A program made the position numbers and the translations under genes. Below are positions 48,652 through 57,485 of a stretch of 64,000 bases of DNA, in pieces. Under the pieces are notes generated by a model. The model worked only from the letters and a program-made list of their open reading frames with translations, did no database searches and was not told where the DNA came from. The stretch's first letter is position 1. Every line of letters starts with the position of its first letter. Source of the DNA: an uncultured Planctomycetia bacterium (lineage in GTDB: Bacteria > Omnitrophota > Gorgyraeia > 2-02-FULL-51-18); NCBI GenBank assembly GCA_964606485.1, contig CAZSGP010000003.1:334854-398853 (forward strand), in the 5' to 3' direction.

Positions 48652-49420
48652 GAACAGCGGTGTGGCAACCGGCGCTGTAGCAGGCTCCCTTATTCATGTG
48701 ATCGGTCGGCAAAACGCCGTGACAAGACCAGCAGGGTAAATTTTTATAGTGGCCTTGGTGAACTCTTCCGCCGATATAAGGAAAGTTGGATTGCGTATGG
48801 CAATTAAGGCAAAGATTGTTGTCGCGAGCCACGAGCATTTTGTCGTTGATGGATCCATGCACGGCGTGGCAGGTCGGACATCCCTCGCGCACGGCTTCGT
48901 GTTCCCACACAAATGGTCCGCGCTGCTCTTTGTGGCATTTAGAGCAAACCTCATTCACGCCTTCTGAGGAGGTCTTGGACCAGGCGGTAACATCGTCTCC
49001 GTGAGCGTCGTGACAATCCGCGCAGCTCATCTTCCCTTCAAGCACAGGGTGATGGGAGGGCAAACGAAATTCCATTTCTTTATCGGAGTGACAGCGGAAA
49101 CAAGCGGATGGGTCTTTGCGCGGATTAGTGATGGCCACGTCTATTCCGCCCCCCTCATCGGCGTGTTTGCTTCCGGGGCCGTGGCACATCTCACAGTCTT
49201 GCGCCTTTACATCGCCCTTGCTTATGGAAATGCGCGCATGAGTAGACCGTTTAAATTTTGCGGTGATCTCTTCGTGGCAACCTTCACAGGTATCCATTCC
49301 CACGTACTCAGCGCCTTCCTGAGAAACTTTTTCGGCGGCCCGGCTTTCTTTTGAAAAAAATGAAGTCCCTGCAAAAAATACAATCGCCACAACTAGACTG
49401 ACTCGGAAATAAATTTTCAT
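48617..49420 (-). CDS. Periplasmic multiheme cytochrome c (8 CxxCH plus one CX4CH)
   Basis: Signal peptide, then CEGCH, CEMCH, CFRCH, CADCH, CSKCH, CPTCH, CLNCH, CWSCH and CYSAGCH; 267 aa. Confidence 0.85.
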   Translation of the reverse strand: MKIYFRVSLVVAIVFFAGTSFFSKESRAAEKVSQEGAEYVGMDTCEGCHEEITAKFKRSTHARISISKGDVKAQDCEMCHGPGSKHADEGGGIDVAITNPRKDPSACFRCHSDKEMEFRLPSHHPVLEGKMSCADCHDAHGDDVTAWSKTSSEGVNEVCSKCHKEQRGPFVWEHEAVREGCPTCHAVHGSINDKMLVARDNNLCLNCHTQSNFPYIGGRVHQGHYKNLPCWSCHGVLPTDHMNKGACYSAGCHTAVHGSNFDDHLQY

Positions 49421-49421
49421 A

Positions 49422-50102
49422 TTAATTCTGCGCCTCGGCGACTATTTGATTAACTTTTTGTTGGTATTCGTCACCGGATATCCTTTTTTCCTTCCACAGC
49501 TGACTCAGCGCGTACACCTTCTTATTTTGTTCGGGCTTCAAGCGACTGGTATCGATTGGCTTTTCAATTGCTTCGCTCGGCTCTGCAGTTTCCTTAGAAA
49601 ACAAAGTGGGCTTGTCTAAATTCATGACTGCCAGCGCAGCGCTTTTTCGTCCGCTCATAAAACCTTCCGGCAAAATTCTCGCAGGATCCGCATCAAACAT
49701 TAGATTTCCCGTTATGATCCACGACCCGCTAACTTGGTAGCACAAAAAACGCCCAAAAATGGGCCCCGCTTCATAGTTTAACTGCAGCAAAACAACTTTG
49801 ACTTTCGCGGAGATGCTAAGCGTGTCGAGCACCTCGTAGCCCACGAAGCCGCCGTACACCGCATGAACCTCTTTAAATAATTCGATCTTTTTTAGAATTT
49901 CCGGATCCGACTGATAGGGGCTTTGCGACAACCATTTGCGGATCGCTTGCTCAGGCCCATCCACGGCGTAGGCGTATAAACCGTCGAGCACAATGGAAGG
50001 TGTTGAGGTGGCTTGCTGTGAGGATTCCTGGGCTCTAACCACACCCGTCGCTACAACATTTAAAAAAGCCATTAAAAAAAATGCAGCGACAAAACGGGCC
50101 AT
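49422..50102 (-). CDS. Secreted protein of unknown function, first gene of the cytochrome/porin operon
   Basis: 226 aa with a signal peptide. Its stop is 2 nt before the cytochrome start. Confidence 0.55.
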   Translation of the reverse strand: MARFVAAFFLMAFLNVVATGVVRAQESSQQATSTPSIVLDGLYAYAVDGPEQAIRKWLSQSPYQSDPEILKKIELFKEVHAVYGGFVGYEVLDTLSISAKVKVVLLQLNYEAGPIFGRFLCYQVSGSWIITGNLMFDADPARILPEGFMSGRKSAALAVMNLDKPTLFSKETAEPSEAIEKPIDTSRLKPEQNKKVYALSQLWKEKRISGDEYQQKVNQIVAEAQN

Positions 50103-50461
50103 GAATCACCTAGTCCTTTTGAAAAGATTACCGTAATTCAGAGCTAGATTATGTGACTTTGGTCACACTAAGGGTTAGTTTAAGAATGCGATGCCCTTTG
50201 CCGCGCGCTTCAAAGAGTCGTCCAGCGCCGCAGTAAGCTTAGCGGCCTTTATCAATTAATCCTTTAATGTTTAACGCTTTTAATTTTATGCCTCGGCGCA
50301 TCACGCGAATATTTTCAACCACTTTCTTATTCATCACCTTTTTTAGAAAAACGGCTAAATAAATTCTGGCATCGGGCAATTTTATGGTAATCATGCCGCT
50401 CTCTCCCTCAACAAAAAGAATGCTCTGAATTGACTAGCGTGTCTACTAGCCTATGATATTT

Positions 50462-50707
50462 TTAAATCTCAGCGACTCGATGAAGAATTTCCGATATAAA
50501 ACTCTGATACTTCACCCCGAGCTTTGAGGCTTTTTGTTTCAAATGTTCCAGATCGCTGCGATTAACACGGATATTCAGCACAGCATCTTTTTTCTTGGAT
50601 TCGATAGCCTGCACAATAGAGGCTAATTCCTTTTGGCTAGCTGGAACAAATTCATGAATAGACCGCTCAATTGCTCGCTCGTCTCTACTAAGCTTTAGGC
50701 TTCTCAT
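50462..50707 (-). CDS. brnA: BrnA-type antitoxin (CopG/RHH-like)
   Basis: 81 aa. It lies 3 nt downstream of brnT. Confidence 0.65.
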   Translation of the reverse strand: MRSLKLSRDERAIERSIHEFVPASQKELASIVQAIESKKKDAVLNIRVNRSDLEHLKQKASKLGVKYQSFISEILHRVAEI

Positions 50708-50710
50708 CTT

Positions 50711-50962
50711 TCACTTCCTCCCGTATCGTTTCATCAAGCTTCTACTTGGATAAATTGTTTTTAAAAAAATAGCTTCCTCATCTTCGACAAATGGAACCGC
50801 CCATAGATAGTTTTTGTATTCATAAACTAAAATACTCTGATGAATGCGATCAGGATGCTTCAAGACTTCCACGAGCTTTGACCGAGTAATTTCTTCAAAT
50901 GAAACACCTCTCGTTTTCTTGAGGCGCTCGCTTTTCAAGGCATTCCAACGAACTTGCTTCAT
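50711..50962 (-). CDS. brnT: BrnT-family (DUF497) ribonuclease toxin
   Basis: 83 aa, with VEVLKHPD...YEYKNYLWAVPFVEDEEAIFLKTIYPSR. Confidence 0.7.
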   Translation of the reverse strand: MKQVRWNALKSERLKKTRGVSFEEITRSKLVEVLKHPDRIHQSILVYEYKNYLWAVPFVEDEEAIFLKTIYPSRSLMKRYGRK

Positions 50963-50986
50963 TTAACCCTACCATTTGTATGCACA

Positions 50987-51000
50987 AATTGTATATACAA
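50987..51000. promoter_or_regulatory. Perfect 14-bp palindrome ATTGTATATACAAT just upstream of brnT
   Basis: It lies ~25 nt upstream of the brnT start codon. Confidence 0.45.
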
Positions 51001-51044
51001 TACATGAGTCTGTCAAGTATCGAAAATTGACGCGTTACAGGTGG

Positions 51045-51248
51045 TTACTTTTTCCGCGTAAATAAAAGATAAATCCCGCCAAAAATAATAAGAAAAAATC
51101 CGACGAGTGAGGTGAGCCGCGAGAGCTCCCGCAAGAGGCCGCCGATGTGGAGTTGCATGAAAATCATGTTCATGACGATGCCGATTGGGAGGAGGTAGAG
51201 GCCGAGTTTGAAGAGTGAGGGTTTTTTCATTTTTGTTTGAGGTGTCAA
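51045..51248 (-). CDS. Small two-TM membrane protein
   Basis: 67 aa, hydrophobic hairpin. Confidence 0.45.
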   Translation of the reverse strand: MTPQTKMKKPSLFKLGLYLLPIGIVMNMIFMQLHIGGLLRELSRLTSLVGFFLIIFGGIYLLFTRKK

Positions 51249-51283
51249 TTGTCAAGGACTGACACGTTTATTGGCATCCAGAT

Positions 51284-51517
51284 TTATGGCTTTCCAAATA
51301 AGCCAACCCACAAAGGATATAAACCCAATAAAATAAAAATAACCGCAATAACTCTTATATTAAAAATAACTTCCTTTTCGGAAGCGGGTTTTAGCCCCTC
51401 TTTTGTTACTCGACCAAATAGCTTCTGATAGAATCCAATATTTAAAAAAATCTTCTTTGGAAAAAGAAATACCAAAACTGAAAACCCTATAAAGATAATC
51501 GAGAAAATGATTGTCAT
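51284..51517 (-). CDS. Small two-TM membrane protein
   Basis: 77 aa. Confidence 0.45.
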   Translation of the reverse strand: MTIIFSIIFIGFSVLVFLFPKKIFLNIGFYQKLFGRVTKEGLKPASEKEVIFNIRVIAVIFILLGLYPLWVGLFGKP

Positions 51518-51587
51518 GCGCTAGGATCTACCATCGTTAAGGTGCGACTCTCTAATCCGACGCTAGTTTTACACATTTCTTATAATC

Positions 51588-52409
51588 TTAATTTATTGGA
51601 ACGCTAGACACTATATCAATCGTATCATTTTCCGAAGCAGCTCTCTTTTTGGACTCAATTATGATTTGCTTCGGTAAAATTAGCGGGCTCTTGGTATCGT
51701 ACAAAACCTGAAAGGATTTATATATTTTCGATCGCGGGTCGAACGTTGTGGTCTTTTTTAAAAGGAACTTTTCAATTGGTAAACGCTCAAACTCGCATGA
51801 GATCACTTCCTGGATCTTATTGTTATTTATCATTTCAATTTTCTCTAACAGAGAATTTTGTTTGAAAAATAGTCTTAAGATCGACTGATGCTGAGAATTA
51901 AGTACATTTAGAACAATTTCATAATCATTAAAACCTAGCTCTCTCACAACCGTCACATTTTTTGAAATAAAAATTTCATCGAAAAGAAATAAATTCGTTT
52001 GCAGGGCATCTCGAATACGGTCCTTGGTATGAATCACCGCTTTAGCCACCATTGCCGTATCCGCTTTAGCCACCATCTCTGGTACGTTATCTGCACGGCT
52101 ATAAAATTGCATGGGACTAACCCATTTAACCTTAAATTTGACTTGCTGGAGCTGCTTATGGGCAATCGGATCTTTTACGCGGGAAACCATCTCATCAAAA
52201 AAGTGCGACTTACATTCAAACTCGGCACCTTTCAAGCCCTGCTCCGATAGATTGTAATATGATGCATTGATCTTAGAAATTTGCTCAGCTGATACCGGGA
52301 CAAAATTCTTACTATCGTCATGTTTATATGAGCATGAGGACATGAAAATGGAGCAAGCTATGAGGAAAATCGGGAGTTTTATTGAAACCGCCATATTAAC
52401 CCTTAACAT
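51588..52409 (-). CDS. Lipoprotein, function unknown
   Basis: Lipobox IFMSSC; 273 aa; low-GC gene. Confidence 0.55.
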   Translation of the reverse strand: MLRVNMAVSIKLPIFLIACSIFMSSCSYKHDDSKNFVPVSAEQISKINASYYNLSEQGLKGAEFECKSHFFDEMVSRVKDPIAHKQLQQVKFKVKWVSPMQFYSRADNVPEMVAKADTAMVAKAVIHTKDRIRDALQTNLFLFDEIFISKNVTVVRELGFNDYEIVLNVLNSQHQSILRLFFKQNSLLEKIEMINNNKIQEVISCEFERLPIEKFLLKKTTTFDPRSKIYKSFQVLYDTKSPLILPKQIIIESKKRAASENDTIDIVSSVPIN

Positions 52410-52479
52410 TTGCTACGATCCTATCGGCCTTTTTATGATTTTTGCGTATCAGAAATAGCCCGCTTGAGATGCCAACCGA

Positions 52480-53175
52480 TTAATTTCTATTATTTTTTGG
52501 AAGAATATATTTTTTAGCGAAACTATCTTGATTTTCATAAGCCATAATTTCGTCTATCTTTCGCTTATATGCAATTTTGTGCTCTTCGATTCGACCTTGA
52601 TGAATGAGCGACTTCTCAATAATTATCGAGATGGAAGCAATCATAGTATTTGAATCCAAGAATATACTCGCATGACCCCCAATAAGCTCGGGAAAGATGA
52701 CTGTTTTAGCAAATTTTCCGTAGTCTAAGATCAGTTGTCCGGGCTCGCCATTATCCAAGTCCATTTTAAGATAGGCTTTTTTAGGAAAACCTAAATTTTT
52801 TACATTCGGTACTATAATGCTATATCCGGTTGGCTGATCACTAACTTTGATATCTATTTCATTTACAACTCCCGATGGGAGACGCTCATTCTGTCGAAAA
52901 CGGAATTTATCGCTTAGATCTATGTTCATTTGACGCGGGGTATTTTTATTTTCGTCACCCTCTATTACATCTGGCTTTTTAGACAGCACAGACTCGTGCG
53001 TAAAGGACGTATAGAGCCTATCTTCATCCTGTTTGAGCCCGTCCAGGAGATCATTTTCTGTATAACCGGCTGAACATATACATCCCATAAGCATAATAAC
53101 TAGGCTAGCGGTAGATAAAAGCTTCCATGCATTAACTTTATTTGTACAATATTTCAAGCAAGTACCTACCATCAA
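52480..53175 (-). CDS. Lipoprotein, function unknown
   Basis: Lipobox LMGC; 231 aa; low-GC gene. Confidence 0.55.
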   Translation of the reverse strand: MMVGTCLKYCTNKVNAWKLLSTASLVIMLMGCICSAGYTENDLLDGLKQDEDRLYTSFTHESVLSKKPDVIEGDENKNTPRQMNIDLSDKFRFRQNERLPSGVVNEIDIKVSDQPTGYSIIVPNVKNLGFPKKAYLKMDLDNGEPGQLILDYGKFAKTVIFPELIGGHASIFLDSNTMIASISIIIEKSLIHQGRIEEHKIAYKRKIDEIMAYENQDSFAKKYILPKNNRN

Positions 53176-53417
53176 TGCATCTCTATTTTTTTAACTTCTG
53201 GTTTTTTCTTTTGATTACTCTCTACCGGCCCAACGTAGGTAAAATTACCAATACGGGTAGCCGATAAATCATTACCGTTTTTTTGATTATCTTTTTCAAC
53301 CTCTTGGGCAAGAATTTTATTTAATTTTTCCCAATCTTTATCTTGCTTGCTGTCAGCCGCCCAGGCCGTAGGTAAAAATATCAAGCTTATCAACATCACC
53401 AAAATTATTTTTTTCAT
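53172..53417 (-). CDS. Small secreted protein
   Basis: 81 aa with a signal peptide. Confidence 0.45.
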   Translation of the reverse strand: MKKIILVMLISLIFLPTAWAADSKQDKDWEKLNKILAQEVEKDNQKNGNDLSATRIGNFTYVGPVESNQKKKPEVKKIEMH

Positions 53418-53463
53418 ATCATACCCTCTTACACTAAATTAACCGTCCTAACGCTACGCCTTA

Positions 53464-53769
53464 CTATCTATAAAAAATGGTTCCCAGATATCCTTTTTTA
53501 AAAAGGTAGCCACAATAACCAAAATTTAAACTTGTAAGAATGAGCAATCCAACCACTTTCCCAGTACTGCTGCTTAAATCCATATTGAAGGATTTTGCCA
53601 GGATTCCCATTACGACCAAGACGACAACCCAAATTGTCAATGCCGTAAAAAAACTTTTCCATCCTTCGAAAAATCGAATAGCTCCTAACAAGGCGGTGCT
53701 CCCAAAAAAGAGAATAAGATTTATAGTTTCGATTATTTCCATACTATCCCCAAATTCTGCACCACACAC
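53464..53769 (-). CDS. Small membrane protein
   Basis: ~91-101 aa with three hydrophobic segments. Confidence 0.45.
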   Translation of the reverse strand: MCGAEFGDSMEIIETINLILFFGSTALLGAIRFFEGWKSFFTALTIWVVVLVVMGILAKSFNMDLSSSTGKVVGLLILTSLNFGYCGYLFKKGYLGTIFYR

Positions 53770-53993
53770 TTATTTTAATTCAACCACTTAACTCCAACAA
53801 TTCTTAAACTAGCCTACCTTCTCAGTGGCTTTTCTTAGAGGTCTTAAATAGCCAAATCCCAAGACCCAGAAAAACTAATCCAAGAATTAAGCTTTGAGTT
53901 TTGAGCGTGTGGAAACGGATTAAAAAAATGGCTACGGCGAGAAAGTGCATCACGGAAAAAGCTATAAGAAAAAGGCTTAAGACCCGCCTAAAA

Positions 53994-54455
53994 CTAATCA
54001 ATGAGTTTTATCCAGCCATAACAAATACCTGGGTTGTTTTTAAAAAATGCTCCTGACGCATCCATTTCCGATGGAACACTTTCCTCATCAGGGGTATATT
54101 TTAAAATTGCGTGTAATTCATTATCCTGATTGACTAATTTGTTTTCAGTGCCTGTTAATTCTAGAAAGAATGGATCCTTACCTTCGTAATCATTAATCGC
54201 AGGTAAATAAGTAAGCAAATAAGTCGTCGAATATTTTAACCTTGCTTCATCGCTCAAGCCATCTCTATCTAATAGCAGCGGCTCATTCAGCCTAATAACA
54301 TACCCCCAAGATCCAAAAAGGAAACGCCTGACAAAAATCCCATTGAGCGTGGGCAGAAAAAGCTTAATGCCTTTTCTCTGATGAATTTCGTAGTCATAGG
54401 AATGTAGGCGAATTTGGACCTTCCTGCCAAGGACGTTATCTGAAAAGTAATTCAT
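53994..54455 (-). CDS. Hypothetical 153-aa protein immediately downstream of giant paralog 1 (candidate cognate immunity/partner)
   Basis: It starts 9 nt after the giant ORF's stop. Confidence 0.5.
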   Translation of the reverse strand: MNYFSDNVLGRKVQIRLHSYDYEIHQRKGIKLFLPTLNGIFVRRFLFGSWGYVIRLNEPLLLDRDGLSDEARLKYSTTYLLTYLPAINDYEGKDPFFLELTGTENKLVNQDNELHAILKYTPDEESVPSEMDASGAFFKNNPGICYGWIKLID

Positions 54456-54464
54456 GCTATTAAT

Positions 54465-57400
54465 CTACGTTAAGTCATCCAAAAAAGTAAACACAACATT
54501 TCGACTATCTATGTAACTCTGTTCTACAAAAATTTGAAGACCACCACCAAGACCGTTATCTCCGGCAGCCCTGCCGACGAAAAGTCGAACGCTGTCATCA
54601 AGCTCGACACTCGCCACTTTTGTGGCTTGATTAAACAGATTACCAGTTTCGTCGTATAGATTTAAAAATTGTCGTGCTGTATCGGTTGAATGTGCCCATT
54701 GCCCTGTCGTCAAAAACCTCCCCTCCAATGGCGAAGCCGCCCCATCATAAACTCGATACAAGTTCAACCTACCTTGCAGTCCTAACCTAGCTCTCAACTC
54801 ACCCGCTGTATACGTCTCAAACGCTCCAACTCCGGACTGAACCGATTCAAGAGTATTACCACCAAAAGTTTCAGCGATATCTCCGGAAAGTCGAAACGCA
54901 GGATTATTAGCTGCGGCAATTTCAGTAGTTGGACTTATCGATAAAAACCCCGCCTGCCCTAATTCCAGATTAACCGCACGCAAACCTGACGTAATGCCAC
55001 TAAGAGCTTCACCCACTCGAGGAACAAAACCAATTTCATGAAGAAGTTCTGCACCACCAACTGCATTGCCAACGGTGGAGAGAACACCCAATGCAATTTT
55101 TAATGAGCGATCAAAAGCTGAGAGTTGTTGGCCGCTTTGACTATCCACGCCATAAATTCCCTCAAGGAGAGGCGTGTATCCAACAAGATCTCCGACGGTT
55201 CCATGAACCGCCCAAAGCATTGCTTCGTTATCCGTGTATCCAAAAAGGGCTGATTTAAAGTAATTATATCGTGCTTGTGTTGCTTGGACCAGTTGAGCCG
55301 CTTGATTTTGTGCCAATATGGTTAGCATGTAATTACCAGGTGTCACGAGCGGCAAAACCTGCATCAAGCCTTGCTCCGTTAGCGGGTTAACGTTTCCAAA
55401 CCCGTACGCCAGTAATCTCCTAGCGGTCTCACTCAGAATTTGCTGAACCGAATAACTCCCGTCATTATTTCTTGAAAGCCTAAACCCCTCTCCACTTTGG
55501 AGCTGAGTCGGCAATATTGCGTCGAAGGGATCCATTGGCTGATAGAAAGTATACTCATTAATCGCCCCGGAATTTAACTCCAACCTAAAAATACCGTTAT
55601 AATTCGATTGAATGGTTCCGCTGTCGACTTGGCCTTGAGCATTAAAATTAATCGCTTGCTGATTGCTCGCTGCTGTTACTTCAAAACGTCTTGCTCCGCT
55701 CTGATCCAAGACTTCAATGTTATCTGCAAGGCCATTTGAGATGGTATAAACAGCTACGCTGCCATCACCCAGAGTTTCGGTTTGTCGTCCGGTTAAGAAT
55801 CCCCAATTTTCTATCTGATCCACTCCAAAGTGTCCGGCAATTTCTTTTCCTGCACCGCTCACACTCGTCACGTCCGTTAAGCTGGAAGTTGTTCCCACAC
55901 ACTCCCCTGTCGACGTACAAAACTGAGCTTCGATCTGTCCGTTCTTCTGAACTTGCTGGTAGTCGTGTCGATCGATCTTGTCCTGGAACCATTCGCCTAC
56001 GGATCTAAAGAGTTGGCTAGTGATAGGATTTACAGTTCTTAGAATCGACGAGATTGAGTCTTGGGTAAAAATATTCGCCGCATACGTATCAATCGCTTGC
56101 GCTAGACCTCTTTGTTGAATAATCGTCGAAAAATCTGTCACTCTTTGAAGATATTGAGCTTGAGAATAAGAATCCGTCCCAGTTCCCCCGAGTCTTGCGA
56201 CATTGAGGGCCGAGTCTCTGAACCCTTGGTATATTCCTCCAAAAATATCATGGTTGGGTGAAAGAGCTCCTTCTATCGCTCCTGTTATTGCTCTGGATGT
56301 GAGAGCTCCAAGAAGCGGATCCATGTTTTGAGTGGCATAGCTGATTCCAAGATTCGTCACCCCACGCAGTAGCCCGTCTTGAACAGACCGAATAATATTT
56401 TCTCCAAGAGTCTTTGCTTCGGTGTGAGTGGGGTTAAGGGCGCTTGAGACAGTGGTGGTGAGTAGCGCATTGATTCTAGGATCAAGTCCAATGGATGCTC
56501 CCAGTCTATCGATGCCGTAGATCGTTAAGTCTCTTGGGAGATTGGAAGCGATGGTTTGAATAGACCCATTGATGTCTCCGGTCCATGCTCCGTCAAAAAG
56601 AGGAGCTGCGGTAAGTGAAATTACCCCTGCAAGTTTAGGGTCTAATCCTGCGTGAACAAGGAGATCTTTTGATCCTGCGACAAGCGTGTTCTTTAGTCCA
56701 TCAAAGAAGAAGTTTGAGAAGTCCATACCGGTAGCGGTGAAGCTTCCGTGGATGCCGCCTGTCACAAAGCTTGAGATGAGGTTTGAGATTCGAGGGTCTA
56801 CTCCGAGCGCGTCAAGGCCTTTAGAGACGGCGTAGTTGACACCAATAGTGATGACGTTATGAAAGATTGCCTCTGAGGCAGAGACTTTAAGCGTTCCTGC
56901 GGCGACACCTTGAGGAGCTCCTAGAGAGAAGAGACTAGCTAGTCCATGAAAGAGTGTCGTTCCAACGTACTGAATGCCTTGGAAGATTTGGCCTGCGAAG
57001 GCTCCGACTTGAGTGAGGAATCCTCCGATGGCTTGGCCTAAGAGAGTCAGAGACTGAGCGATGATGCTGCCGATGCTTGCAAGAATAGCTCCAATACTCG
57101 AAAGAATCACGCCTACCGTTGTGGCAATCGAGACGATGGCCCCAATGATGGCAGGAATTAGGAAGAAACAGCCGCCTTTCAGTTGGCGAGCTTCAAAGAA
57201 AGACAGAATGTGCGATGTGGGGCTTGTGACTTGCGGAATAACCGTTGATTTTGCAAGGGTGTATCCCTTCCAAGCACTCAGAAACTCACTCTTTGAAAGC
57301 GTGTGGACACTTCCGTCGGTTTCAACGAGAGTGACTTGGGTGGAGGTTTGTTGAAATGCAGTATTTGGAAATAAATTAACGCTCGGAGCTTCGAATGAAC

Positions 57401-57467
57401 GGGCGGATTGAATTAAATAAAGATTGAGGTGAAGAAATACGAGGAGAGCTGAGAGAGATTTTTTAAG
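54465..57467 (-). CDS. Giant paralog 1 of the G(L/V)DP-repeat family, with a unique C-terminal domain
   Basis: The track ORF is 54465..57110 (GTG start). The homologous N-terminal 119 codons continue in frame up to 57467 with no ATG, GTG or TTG; the equivalent position of copy 2's TTG start is CTT. A strong AGGAGG SD lies 9 nt upstream. Confidence 0.6.
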   Translation of the reverse strand, partial: LKKSLSALLVFLHLNLYLIQSARSFEAPSVNLFPNTAFQQTSTQVTLVETDGSVHTLSKSEFLSAWKGYTLAKSTVIPQVTSPTSHILSFFEARQLKGGCFFLIPAIIGAIVSIATTVGVILSSIGAILASIGSIIAQSLTLLGQAIGGFLTQVGAFAGQIFQGIQYVGTTLFHGLASLFSLGAPQGVAAGTLKVSASEAIFHNVITIGVNYAVSKGLDALGVDPRISNLISSFVTGGIHGSFTATGMDFSNFFFDGLKNTLVAGSKDLLVHAGLDPKLAGVISLTAAPLFDGAWTGDINGSIQTIASNLPRDLTIYGIDRLGASIGLDPRINALLTTTVSSALNPTHTEAKTLGENIIRSVQDGLLRGVTNLGISYATQNMDPLLGALTSRAITGAIEGALSPNHDIFGGIYQGFRDSALNVARLGGTGTDSYSQAQYLQRVTDFSTIIQQRGLAQAIDTYAANIFTQDSISSILRTVNPITSQLFRSVGEWFQDKIDRHDYQQVQKNGQIEAQFCTSTGECVGTTSSLTDVTSVSGAGKEIAGHFGVDQIENWGFLTGRQTETLGDGSVAVYTISNGLADNIEVLDQSGARRFEVTAASNQQAINFNAQGQVDSGTIQSNYNGIFRLELNSGAINEYTFYQPMDPFDAILPTQLQSGEGFRLSRNNDGSYSVQQILSETARRLLAYGFGNVNPLTEQGLMQVLPLVTPGNYMLTILAQNQAAQLVQATQARYNYFKSALFGYTDNEAMLWAVHGTVGDLVGYTPLLEGIYGVDSQSGQQLSAFDRSLKIALGVLSTVGNAVGGAELLHEIGFVPRVGEALSGITSGLRAVNLELGQAGFLSISPTTEIAAANNPAFRLSGDIAETFGGNTLESVQSGVGAFETYTAGELRARLGLQGRLNLYRVYDGAASPLEGRFLTTGQWAHSTDTARQFLNLYDETGNLFNQATKVASVELDDSVRLFVGRAAGDNGLGGGLQIFVEQSYIDSRNVVFTFLDDLT
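56398..57036. repeat. ~640-bp block 100% identical to 60343..60980 (gene-conversion tract between paralogs 1 and 2)
   Basis: The two blocks match exactly. The flanking sequence is ~90% identical. Confidence 0.8.
57117..57370. repeat. Second near-identical block (3 SNPs) shared with 61063..61320
   Basis: Seen in sequence. Confidence 0.75.
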
Positions 57468-57485
57468 CGTGGTGATCCTCCTTAT

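Noticed and set aside
50239-50394. 51-aa minus-strand ORF (MITIKLPDARIYLAVFLKK...) in the 360-bp intergenic region upstream of brnA
   Set aside because: No homology signal or SD. It is possibly a remnant, too weak to call.
55691-56008. 105-aa plus-strand and 75-aa minus-strand ORFs
   Set aside because: They are internal to and antisense of giant paralog 1.
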